64,000 bases of DNA from NCBI GenBank assembly GCA_904063045.1, contig CAJFCJ010000004.1, positions 370,195 through 434,194 of the forward strand, read 5' to 3'. The notes beneath the pieces are model-generated. The model was not told where the DNA came from, ran no database searches, and saw only the letters and a program-made list of their open reading frames with translations. A program made the translations under genes and the position numbers. Positions 37,745-50,700 of this stretch are shown one piece after another; the stretch's first letter is position 1; every line of letters begins with the position of its first letter. Source of the stretch: Dimorphilus gyrociliatus. Its lineage: Eukaryota > Animalia > Annelida.

Positions 37745-37981
37745 GATAACGGCCTATATAGACTTTCTTTTTATTTAAATTTAAATTTAAAAATACTGCA
37801 TAATCCTTGTGTCGATTCAGGATTAATTAATTAAGTAATTCTTTACTAAAACAGAAAAATAGTCTTGTAAATTAGCTTTTAATGAGAAACAAATTTAACA
37901 CGTCTTAGTTGACGTAAACAAAAGAACTAAGCAAAAATCAAAGGTTCTTATTAAAAACCCATATCGTTTTTTAAGTAAAAT

Positions 37982-38664
37982 CTATAAATTTCCATCTAGA
38001 ATTTTTTGTTCACTATCCGAAATTGCTCTATTATTTTTTCCATAATTTCTAATTAAAGGTATTTTGGGTCTTTCTGTCATTGGATTTCCTTTCCTTGCCG
38101 CCGAGCTCATTTCGAGATATTCTAATAGAGGTGGTAAGTTCATTTCGGTCGGAATAACATTTTGAGCCGGGAGTTCTCCAGTATATGATCTAAACTTATC
38201 CTCTTCGTGCCTTGGGACTAATCGCCAATCTGCTTTATAGCCTTTAGTTATTTTCAGTTGACCTTTCGGCTCTCCTCGAAACGTTGCTAACCCCCATGCG
38301 TAAGAGTCAATTTCTTTCTATAAAGGTATAAAAGTTGTAATAAAGAGGCAATTATAGAAGAATGCTCTTAAATATATTATGAGTCTATCCAAGAAGGAAT
38401 GATATTAAATTACAAGTTTATTTGCAAATTATTGGGTAGATTAGTGAAAATTTTTAAAAAGAACCGTACGAAATTTTGGGGGTCCTTCATATTTGGCTGT
38501 ACTTTAGTGATGATGTAGTAGCTGGGCTGGGGATAGTTTTCATTGAATGTGTATCTATAGACCATCCTACCAACTCCGAAATTTTTTAATCGACATAAAA
38601 TGTCAAAAAGGCGTTTTCCTTTATACTTTAAATAATCTCGACCAACATATCTTACAAGCGGCAT
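37982..38664 (-). CDS. MRPS34: Mitochondrial ribosomal protein S34
   Basis: Motifs GKRLFDILCRLKNFGVGRMV, SYYIITKV, WGLATFRG and YKADWRLVPRHEE. Two exons. Confidence 0.88.
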
Positions 38665-39577
38665 GATTTGTTTCTACATAAAAGTCGCTTTGGGTATTAC
38701 TAAAAACCATCGGTAAATAGTTTTACCAGTTTTGATTTTTATTTTATAAGATATACAAGTATTAATTACATCGTTTTTACAGCTAATTGCTGTAAACAAA
38801 AGATACGTGTAATTTAATACTTTAAGATTGCATACCTATATTGTTTTGAATATTACAAAGCTTTTAGCAGTACTTGTAATTAAAACATACAGTAAAAAAT
38901 GTTGACAAACCATTCAATAAATTTTTATATTCAAATCATTATTATCATTGTATTCATAGAGAAAAAACAATAAACAATCAAAGATGAAAACTATTTTAAA
39001 ATAATTTATTCAAGCAGCTGAGGCAAAAAAAATAAAAAATAGAAATTGACAAACATGATAAAGTATTAAATACCTAAATGACGAGAATGAACTGAACATT
39101 AAACGTCTTATTCATCTAATCATGGATGTATAAGTTTGTTACAATATCAAAAAAAAAAAAAAACAAATATGTTAAAGCACTTTGCGAATTATAAATAGTA
39201 AAAACAAGAAGAAACTTGGAGACTGTGCAGAGGAGGATGATATTTAATAACTCTGTCTATATAGTTCTTATATTAAAAAAAATAAACAAGAGTATAAATA
39301 TCACATTGATAATATATGTTTATCACAGAGTTTCTGAAAAAATATAATAGAAACAGTACAACAATTCACAAACTAATTGACAATTTAATTTGATTAATGA
39401 AACCAATACGTACTAGTTTTTCTTTTCTTGTCCTTTTTTTACTATTTTTAATTATTATTAATTTATAAGAAAGATACAAATTTTTATAAACTTTAAAAAA
39501 AATTAATAAACTCTTTTAGCTAAAAAATTAACAGTTCAAACATTTCGTCTTGAAGAGGTGGAAAGAAAAGAGATTTA

Positions 39578-42500
39578 TTATTCAATTTTCTTTGGTAAAT
39601 TGTTGTAGCCATTGCTATTCAGATCTGTGGAATTTTTTTCCCAATTATGTCGTACTGGATCGTATACTGGATGGTCAGCTGGTAAAAAACCTAAACCATG
39701 AGCGTGTGGACCCATATTTTCATCCCATATAAAATCCCATATGACTTTAAACCAACTCGTATGACATGGTATATTATCGTAATACTCTGGAGCTATTTTT
39801 CTGACCTGTTCAATAAGACGTAGCATATGAATGAATAATCAATGAAATGTGGGATATCGTTAATAGGAATATATTAAATATTCGCTTCTTGCTTTAGTAA
39901 AGTTCATTATACTTACTTCTGGTAGCTTCCTCCAGGGTATATAAGGGAAATCGTGATGTTCATTGTGATATCCGACATTATATAATATAAAGTTCAGAGG
40001 ACCATAGTAACTATGAGTTGCTTGTCCCTTATTAAATAAATAATGTTCGCTAATAAAATGTCCAGCTAATGGATGACAACCAAGAGCCATAAGGGTACCT
40101 GTATTAATTAGAAGATGTAAATATAAGTCTATAAATGTCAAATTGGTCATTTATCATTTATTACCTATTATAAGATAGGCTAATGCTTTATAGCCGAAAA
40201 CGTATAAGATAAAGAAATTGAAAGAAAATTGGCAAATTAAATTCGTTATTTCCAACCAATTTGGAGGTTTTGGAGATTTAACGTAAGGTCTAATACCATG
40301 GATGACAGGGTGAAGTATAAGCCAAATAATTTTAAGTAGTGGATGACGGAATAGCCAAGATTCAAATACAGTTGGAACATCGACATCTTTTTCATCATGA
40401 CCCAAATAACGATGATGATCGGAATGATATCGTTTGTACGTTACACTGATTGGTATTCCCATAGGTAAATTTGTCCAGAAACCCAATGCACGATTCCTGT
40501 GGAGAGTTATATAAACACACATATACTCAACTCAATTTGTTATACTTTATATAATAATATTAAATACAAACCATAAAGGATATTTATGACCAAACGCTAA
40601 ATTATGTCCAATTTCGTGTATAGCACTACCTAGGGAATGGTTTATCGTGCCACCTGATTTGAAAAAAAAACACCTTATAAGTTATATAACAAACAGGAAG
40701 TCGTTGTTTATATATACATATGTATTAGTATATGTATAGAGACTGTATATATATTTTATAACTCAATAATTTTTTGCAGTAGCCTTTAAATAAACTTGCT
40801 ACTATACCTATAACATAGGCCGAAATTAGTAAAGTTGGCCAATTAGCGTCCTGGATAATATAGCACATAAATAGTTGAATAATTATTTCTATAGTCACAA
40901 AAACGACCATCCAAGGATCATGACCCATTAATTTTTTAATTTGAGGATATTTCCTGGAAAATAAATGAATGAAATTATTTAAATTCCATAGAATAAGTAG
41001 AAATGTCTTATGCTAGTAATAAGAAAAACTTTATTAATAAGGGAAAGTCTATCCATTATGAATATTCATTATTAAAGGAGAAATATTAATAAATTAATTA
41101 AAATTTCAGTTAATAGATATCAACATAATAAAAATTTTTTCAACTATCAATCATTATCATCAATTGATGAGAAATAATCAATGAAATACATAAAAGAATT
41201 GTTTTTTGATAACAGTTTAAAAACTTGTATTTTTTTAATTCATATAGTCATAGTCGAAAATGTCTTATATGCCATAGAATTCCCATTTAATGATAAATAT
41301 AAGATAAAAATGCCTTTTCTATTTTTTTTCAATAGAAAACTCTGTCAAAATTTATAATAAATAAGGTATTTTATAGAATTGATGACTAGGCCTAATGTCT
41401 TCGAAAGAGTAAGAAATCACCTTATTGTCCTAATTAATGTTAACAACCTAAGACAAATGAAAATAGTATTGAGTGATTATCTTTTAAAATAAGTGGAAGA
41501 CAACGTAAAATGATTGTGAAAAATACAAAGAGTAAGAACAAATGAAAAAATCAACGATGAAAGAAAGAATGTTGTATTGTTATTGAGGAATTAATATTGA
41601 AAATTCAATTGAAGTCAGAAAAAGACGGGAACGTATTTTTCATAATGAAGGGAGAAAGAGAAATGAGCCGAAAAATATCAAAATTAGGGTAAAGCTAAAA
41701 GAGAATGAAAGTGATTTTACTTGAATCCTTTATATTTATTGTTATTTCTTACCGGCAGGAAAGCTACACACAAGCGTACAAACAGAAATAAGTAAATATA
41801 TATATATATATATGTGTATATTACATATTTACGAAAGAAAAGGAATGTTTAATACTACAGCAGATAAACTCTATATTGAGAGATATTTTGCTATAGCATT
41901 ATTATCATTTGAATAGGTAAAACATAGTGACCGATTGTACTGATTGTAAACCATAGCTTTTATTGCGTAAAAGAAGTAACGGCGTCGAATAATTAGTGAC
42001 AAAATCTATCTATATTTAATCTTACTATTATATTGGCTATTTATTTTATTAATAGGTGTTTAGCAAAATGCAAAATAAATAAATAAATATATATACACTT
42101 TTATACATTGTAAAGAAATCTATATCAATGATAAGGCTAAGAGAAAAAGACAGGAAAAATCAATTTACACAAGTCTAATCTTAATTTCGATGCTAAAATA
42201 GAATTAAGAATAAAGGTAAAGAGTAGAAATAATTCTACTTAGTATAAATTCTGTATGTTAGGATATTGACGATAGTTTGTATTTAGGATTTAAATTTTGA
42301 ATATACTATGAAAAAACTACGTTTGTTTTTTTTTCCTATTTTTCTGGATTAGACGTCTGAATGATCGATACTTACATATTTATTATATAGAGTACACATA
42401 TGGCAGTACGACATTTCTTTTCTCTTTACTTTGTATAGCTTACGATTTGATAAGGAGAAAGAAGGATAGCAACAAAAATATATTTAGATAGAACTTTAAA

Positions 42501-42617
42501 AGCTTACCTGAGAATTTCTTTTCTTCTATCAGAGTGGGGTTCTTCTTCATATAGCCATGGTTCGTCAACATTAGCCGCTTTATAGCTTAGTTCGACGAAA
42601 CGATGAAATAACGACAT
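39578..42617 (-). CDS. DEGS1: Sphingolipid delta(4)-desaturase / C4-hydroxylase (DES family)
   Basis: Exon 1 encodes [12 protein letters not shown]. His boxes [14 protein letters not shown] and YHNEHHDFP, plus GHFISEHY. C-terminal KKIE is a KKxx ER-retrieval signal. DEGS1 versus DEGS2 activity is not resolvable. Confidence 0.9.
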
Positions 42618-44772
42618 AACGTATAACTTTCGTCTTCTCTACTCTACGGCAGGCGAGTTAATGCTTATCACCGATCAAGCTCTATTGACGATGACTCATC
42701 AGTCATTCGCTGCGCAAGCCTAATGATTAAAGGTACAAAGGTGAAATAAACCGAGACAAGCATATTGATGAAAGAATTTATAAGAACATGTATTAAAACT
42801 TTAAGGGCTATACATTTCTTTTAAAAATACTTGTTTTTGTTGGAAAAGTCTTCGTATTTTTTGTCAATATAATAACACGCTATAGGCCTAAACATTGAGT
42901 TTTAAGTTTGTTAAAATGGAAAGTATTGCAGAAACAATATCTATTGTATGAGATACAAAAAAAGTCTTATCAAATGTATAGAAAAACGGTTTACTATATT
43001 AACTACTGCTTTAAAACTGTAACGTTATCTAATAAAATCACTTACATTGAGGAATGTCAAACGATACTAGATCATGCACGTACTACAATTGCGATTTTCG
43101 AATAAATGCAACCCAAAGTGCGGGGAAAGGTATGCATTCTGAAGTCTGTGGGGTTGATATATATGAAAGTGAACAAACTCCCCTTTCATCAGGTGAGAAC
43201 CCGCAGTCATTTTATTAATATATATTATAACTCGATTACAGACTCTGGCTTATCGATTCCTATGCTTATTTGCAATTTTCTCTGAATAGGGATAAAAATT
43301 CATGGTAAACTTCGTCGATAAATGTTAAGTGAGAATAATAAATTATCCTTAATTGAAATAAGGGGTAAGATCAAGGTTATTTAAATAAGGACTTTGGGGA
43401 CAAACTATGAGTCATAAAAAAAATCTGGGTTACTCTCTCGTATTAGTCATTCATTCTGCGTATTCTATATATTATTTTTACTCTGATTATATAACTTGAA
43501 GTGATATGTAGATGATAGTGAGTCATTGAAATATTATCAATTGTTCCTAATTATTTATTATAAAAATTTGATTTCAACAATAGATTATAAATTTATTTAC
43601 TGTATTATCATAAGAATGAAAATAAACTCTCTGATTAACATTCGCCAGTTATAACCAGGGAAAATTAATGAAAAAATATAAATATATACTATACATTCAC
43701 TTCATATATTTAAATATATATATATGCTGTATATATCTATATTATTTTTGTGTCATAAGCGAAACATATTATCCTAAAAGTTTGAAAGAGGCATAATAAA
43801 GGCGAATTATTCTTTCATTGATGTTGCAATTCCTTTTATTTTTTCTTTCCGCCAAAATGAAGTTGATATCACATATTTTTTTAAATTATAACAATGTATT
43901 TCCTCGTTTATTTTAATAGTAATCCTGTAGGAAATAAGGAAACTGTTAGTTATAGTTTTTCAGGCTGATATATCTTTGTAAAATCAATAAATATTCGTAA
44001 AATTATAACATCTCTCCTCTACATTTACTAATATCTCATAAAAATATATAAATAACAACTTGAAGAGATGTAAATTATTTATTGATTTTCATTTGAGTTT
44101 AGTTAACAGTGATATAAACTACATGAAAAGAGAGAACGTCTGGTACAATAAAAAAGCCTTTTTACCCTAAAATTATTCAGGCATTAACAAGATATTCCCA
44201 AAGAAAATAACAGTTAGGTATTATTATTGATTTAGTTTGTTTTATTATGTTTGGGATAAACATCAAGAAAGAGTATTTAAATCTATAACCGACCAAGAGC
44301 ATTTAGGTGTTAAACAAAATAATTGAAAAAATAAGAAAAATCATAAGCGACAGATATATCTTACCATCTTTTCCTTTCCTGTTTATCTTTTCTAAATGAG
44401 ATAATTAAACTCCTTAATTAAACTTGTTAGGTGGAAAGAACAACCCACATACACAAACAGTAATAGAACACACAGTGAACGTTATTGATTTTTAGACCTT
44501 AGAATTATATGTTTTATTTATGAATCGACATCGAAAAGTGAACACCCAAGTCTCTCTTTATTTACGGTGTTTACCTAACAAATGAATCTCTATTAAATTT
44601 ACTCTAAATTTATTCAAATAGGTGGCGTAGCTATCATAACTTTTATTTTTTCGATTTCGATCTTTTTTTTTGAAAAAGGGAAATAAAACACAAAGTGCTC
44701 TTCAGGTGTCAAGTGTTACTCAAGGAAAATATAGTATTTTGGTTTTTAATTAAAAAGACTGCTGCTTTAAAA

Positions 44773-47310
44773 TTAGTTGTTTTCAAGATTTTCCTACAAA
44801 ATACATACAATTTAAAAATATACAGCTAGCTAACCTGAAAAGAATTCATCACTCCATTAGCAAGAGTTGATAATTTTCCAGCAACATTAGTAACAGACTG
44901 TTTAAGGCTCTCTTTAACATCAGCCAAGTCGGGACCTGAAGGAGAATCTCGCCTGGTTTCTTTTTCACCGAAAAAGTCGGCACTAGATATAGCATTACTT
45001 CCTTCGAATCGGCTAAGACTTTGTTTTGTTTCAAACTATTGGTGAAAAAAGCACAAAAATTGTTACATTTAGTGAATTAAATAAATGAATAAAGTTGATT
45101 ATATAATATGTATATTACATTGAATTTACTTTCTAAAGATTGTAACATTTAATTGCCTCTTAGAACGAAATTCTTTTTAAAATACTTTTAATAGGCGAGT
45201 AAGAGTAACAGTTTCATGAGAGTGCATGAACTAAGTTCGAATGGGAACCCAAAGTTGCCTTAGTTCAATATTGTAATTAAGGAAAAACCTAGTATATATC
45301 TTTAATGACTTTAATGAAATTTTTTCTTTTTACAATTACTTACATCGAGTCCTTCATTACCAAAAAATTGAGCTGAGCTAATAGATTTCGCATTTCCAAA
45401 TTTCTTTTGCGCGTTCTCCGATGCAGATGATTCAAAACTCGACGAAATTCCCTTTCTAGAACGTCCTTTATCATCGCTATCTTTCATAGATGGAATGAAA
45501 TCTGATTTGTAATCTGACTTGAAGTCTGAGTCAAAATGTGATGAAGTCTTAGATTCAAAACGGTCTGCAGGTGTATCCCAAGAGGATCCTTTGACAGAGT
45601 CATCTAAAGTGCGAGAGTGATAACCAGTAAAGCCGAATTTTGAATCGAGTTCATCGTCCAGGTCTCGGCTGTACTTGGAGCGTACCGAAGAACTTGGCAG
45701 TTCTTGTTGAATAGAATGCATATCACTGAATGCTGAATGACTAACATTTCTCGAAGCTGAAGTGGAACCTAGACCCATTCCTAGAAAAATTTGAATATTT
45801 AAAAATTTTCAATATGTTCATTTAAATTTTCAATTTTATCATACCTAGCCTTTCAGCTTGTGCAGCTTTTTTGGAATCCATATTTTTCAGAGCTTTAGAT
45901 TCCTTTTCTTTCTGATTTGCACCTAAATCTTGATAGGCCAACCTCGCCTGAGCCATTCTTTTCTCTTCTTCCTCTTTGGAAATTGCAGCTTGTTGGGCAT
46001 ATGCAACGGCGTCTAATTGCTTTTGTTTATCTCTGGCGGTAGCTTCCGCTTCTAATTGATTAAAGTTAGTTTTTACTTTTTGTGCACCTAAACCGCCTTT
46101 CTTAACTCCTAAAGCTTTCTTATTTGCAACTGGCTTCCTAGTGCCTATTGTTGACTTTCTTACTTCTACTTTCTGAGCTGCTTCTGTTGGCGAAATGCTT
46201 AGAGCAGCAGAGACATCAGGCGCCGGACCATTTTCATTGTTACCATTCTTAACAGGTATTGGTTGAGTCATTTCTCTTTCTAAAGTATGTGATGCCAAAT
46301 TAACTGCCTCGCTGTCATGCTCCTGGAAGAAATCAACGTCTTTCTGAACGGGCGATTGCACGTGAGCCTGGTGTTCAATATGTAAATCCGTTCCATACAG
46401 TTTCATCGCTTTAACCGAGTCAGCTTGTAATTTATTTTTGTATAAGGTAGCAGCCCTGTGGTTGTACTTCACTTGAGCATCTGATGTACTACAACCATGT
46501 TTCCGGAAAAATTCAGACTAAAAAAGGAAATATATTAAATAATTATTCTTTCAAAATTTTATGATTTGTATTGTTTCTTAAATTATGTTGTACTCTTAGT
46601 ACTGCTAAGATTATATATCAAATGAAAATAGAAGTCCGGTATGTTTATATCAACTTCATTGTTTTAGCATAAACAAGTTATACAACCATGAAAAATAGTG
46701 TTGATAAAGCAAAGAAAATAAACAATTGATTGAATTTTACACTTACAGCATTTGCATTTCCACCACATTGCATTGCTCGAAGCTGTTGCCAAGTCCATGA
46801 AGTGTCCAAGTTTGTGGAGCGAATAAATGTAAGGTGAACTCCAAGACCTCTATGTACAGCAGAACAGTCTATACACAAAAATACTCCATATGTCACACTT
46901 GCCCATGTTGGGTTATTTGCACCACAATCAAAGCATTGCTGAAAGTAATAAGGTTTGTATTGCGAACAATTTTTTTTATAAAACAAATGAATCTTCTGAA
47001 GGAAATTCTTATTGCCATCAACTGAGTTTAGTTTATAATATTTGATATGATTTTTCCTAGTTCTTGGATATAACAAGATACTTATAAAGGTACTTTGTTA
47101 ATAAATTTTTTTGCAAATATCTTCTTTGATAACACATGTGTTTACTGTCAATAAAAGATGTGGTGGAGATTGTACGGTTTGTATAATGAATTTTCTTGAA
47201 TTTTTAAAATTTTAATTGTGATAAATATCAATACTTACTTTATTAGAACCAATACTTTTTAATCTTTTGAATACAGCTTGAATATCTGATTTAGAAGGTC
47301 CAGATGCCAT
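44773..47310 (-). CDS. ARFGAP2: ADP-ribosylation factor GTPase-activating protein 2/3
   Basis: Motifs [51 protein letters not shown], two Glo3 motifs ([20 protein letters not shown]) and [11 protein letters not shown]. The terminal exon is less certain. Confidence 0.9.
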
Positions 47311-47745
47311 TTTCTCTTACTAAACCGATGACGTCTGCACTGTGTTGTAAACTACCCAATCAGCGGCCATCAATGAATCATGTGATACCAAGTGGTTTTA
47401 AAATTCTTTTCGTATTTTAAATACTTCGAATAGATTTTTTTCACTCTGCTGAAATTAAAAATTATTTAATAAGCTGTTTCTAGAAAAAGTACGAAATTGC
47501 GCGAAAACGTAAAATCGGCCCGGTAACAATTGTGGACATTTCTCCTAACACGTCTATTAAAAGGCCTCCAATTGGCCAATTTTTTTTCGAAACTATTACT
47601 ATACAATATCGTTGAAAATATGTTATGCTATTAATAGCTTTTTAATTTATAATAAATAATAAAAGATATTCGATTTTATTAAAAAAAAAACATTTTTATT
47701 GCTATGTAAAACCATTCATTTTAAACAAAGAACAGCTATGAGTTT

Positions 47746-50700
47746 TCAACACTGTTTTGAAAGAATATTTTTCATTTCTAGAATAGTAGCTTTCTTTTTC
47801 ATTGGTCCATTGTAGCTGCTAACAACAATGTATTTATTATTATTAATAATTTCAACACTTTCAACAGAACCAGCGGCGTTATAACTACATATTTGCTGTC
47901 CTGTTTCAATATTCCATAATCTCACTGTATTATCAACAGAATATGTAATTATATTTCTTCCATTATTGAAAATAATGGTATCGGTAACTTCTCTTGCGTG
48001 GCCTTTCAATGAAATTTTCTTTGTGAAATTATCAGTTTCGTATAAAATAAGCTTGTTGTTTCTATGAGCTACTGAACCTAATTTGGTGTGATGATTGCTA
48101 TGCCTTCCGGAATATATCTTACAAACATAATCCATTTTGTCCTTTTTAATTCGCATTAGGCCAATCGAAATTGTATCATAACTTTTATCGCCTGACAAAC
48201 AACAGAGGTAATAGGTTCCACTATCAAAACTTCTGTAATTTACACCTTGTGTATAAAGATATCTTTTTGAGTGTCCTTCTTCTATATCAATTAGATCGAA
48301 ATATTTCTTAATTTGGCCCATGGGAACGGAAATAATAAAAAAACGTTCGTCTTCCGTAATTCCAATCTTATAGAAGGATAATTTTCTCTTAGATCCAGAA
48401 GAGTCAAATGTTGGTAGATCCATTTTTAAACTATGAATGTTTATCGACTTTATTAAATCAAAGTTCGGTATGGAATATATTTCCAATAAACCTTCTCTCA
48501 TAAGATAGATTTTATCATTGTAGATGATCTGTTAATTATCATTTATAAACGCCTGATTGATATTGAAAATATGAAATATACGAAATACTTACATTAAAAT
48601 ATGAATCTTGCAGCATTTTATGAGCAGTTACTGTCCACTTACTTGCCTCCGTATCATAGAAACTTATATAGAATGATTGCTCATCTCTTATAAAATGATT
48701 AACAATAAAATATTTATCAACAATTGTTACATTTGCTCCCGGCTTCCGTTTGAATTTTATTGAACTATTGTTTTCAAGAGATTGTTGATACGTTTCGGTG
48801 AATGAATACGAAACCTTTTCATCGATAGTCCCATCAAAGTTCCAGAAGCGAAGACCAGCTGGAAAAGAACTTGGCAGAGAAATAATATGTGTTTTTGTGG
48901 AGGTTAACTTAAGAAAATCTTCATTTACATCAATTAACTTTTCTCTTATAACCAGAGGCTTTTTTTCGACTGGAGCAGCAATATCTTTATCATCTTTATC
49001 TTTATCGTCTTTATCTTTATCATCTTTGTGTTTATCATCTTGGTCTTTATCATCTTTGTGTCTATCATCTTTGTCATTACAATCTTTGTCTTTATCTTCT
49101 TTGTCTTTATCATCTTTCTCCTTATCATCTTTCTCCTTATCATCATTATCTTTATCATCATTTGAACTGGACCCCTCTGGAACTTCTTTTGATTCTTCTT
49201 CCTTCTTACCATCCTGAAAAATATTTTCAGCACTAATACTTGTTATATCCAAGTTAAGTTCATCTTGATTGTCAATATTGCCTTTAGCGGGTGAGGACTC
49301 TAATAAATTATCAATATCCCATATTTTCATATACTGATCTTGTCCCATACTTAGAATAGAATTATCACCAAACTGTGACAAACTGGTAATGGTATGATTA
49401 TGAGCCTTAAACTTTCGAATATGAGCTAAACTTTCAATAGAAAGAATAATAATTGCTCCGTATTGAAAACCAATTAAACAATAAGTAAAATCTTTTACTG
49501 ATATTAAACTGGTAGGACTTTTAACTAAATTTTTTAACAATTCCATAGAGTATTCATCAGTCTTTCTATTCCATTTACAAATGTAAGATGGCTTTTTCTC
49601 AGTGGATTTAAATTGACTAACTATTAGAATGGTGGATGCATCATTATTAAAATTAACAGCAAGTGGTTGAGCTATATTATTTTTATCATTTCCTTCTTCT
49701 ACATTCTTTGGTTGGGTTAATTCACTTTTAGTGAATGTTTTAGTTTCACAATCGAATATAAGAATTTTAGCATATTTTTTGAAACCTCCAAGAGCTCCAA
49801 TAATTTGGGAATCGTTAGAAAAATTGACATCGAATAAAGATCCATTTAAATCGATCATTTGTTTCTCATATAGAATTTCCATTTTTTCTAAATCATATAA
49901 ATAAATCATGTCATGTGAAATAGTTAATAGCCATTTCTCTTCTTTCACTAGTATGCACTTTTCTATATGTTTTCTTGCTTTAAATTTTACATTATGCAAT
50001 ATGGTATCTTCTTCCAAATCGACTACAAATATTCTTGATGTATAACTGCCAGATTTATTAGTGTGACCGCCTTCGAATAGTCTTATTCCCATGATTAATT
50101 TGGAATCGTCCTTTGTAATTGTTATGCATCTTACTGTTATTTTTCTATCTTGCGGAGCAGGTTCGCAATATTTTGTAATTTTATACGAATCGCCAGTATC
50201 CAATTCATAAATTTTTACCTTATTCATTTCTGCGTAAATAAGATAACGGCAATTGTTTGTTGTTATAAATAGAGTTTGTTTCATTAAATCAATTGTTGCC
50301 ACTTGTTCTCTATTACTATTTACTATTGTTAGTTGAGTTACTGTTGAAGTTATTTCACTTCTTAATGCAACTAATGTTTGAAAGTCTCTAGTTGTTTTAC
50401 CAATACTCCCAATAAGTCGACTGAACTTTAATGGGCTCTCGGGACCTTGACCTCTGATGTTGTTTATAGGCACCAACACTGGATCGCTAGTGTTCTGCAT
50501 AAAGTTTTTACAGCTATGCAGTATGCTTGCTATTCCAGGATGAGTTTGAGATATAATATACAGTCTTTTTAAAATCTCATGCGGGAAAGAACTGGGATCG
50601 AGAAGGAGGGCGCCGTAGGACAGCTGAAGGAAATCTTTCATATAGCTAACCTCAATATCCTTCTGAACATCGAGAAATGTATCATAAGTTTGACATATAT

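Noticed and set aside
43150-43210. Hammerhead ribozyme (CTGATGA on the minus strand) or SECIS (ATGA...GA)
   Set aside because: There is no GAAA after a stem II and no SECIS helix II pairing. No in-frame TGA selenoprotein candidate was found nearby.
48798-49233. Ser/Leu-rich plus-strand ORF (139 aa) and K/I/M-rich alternate-frame ORF (95 aa)
   Set aside because: These are shadow frames of the stop-poor DKDDK coding repeat in the NWD gene.
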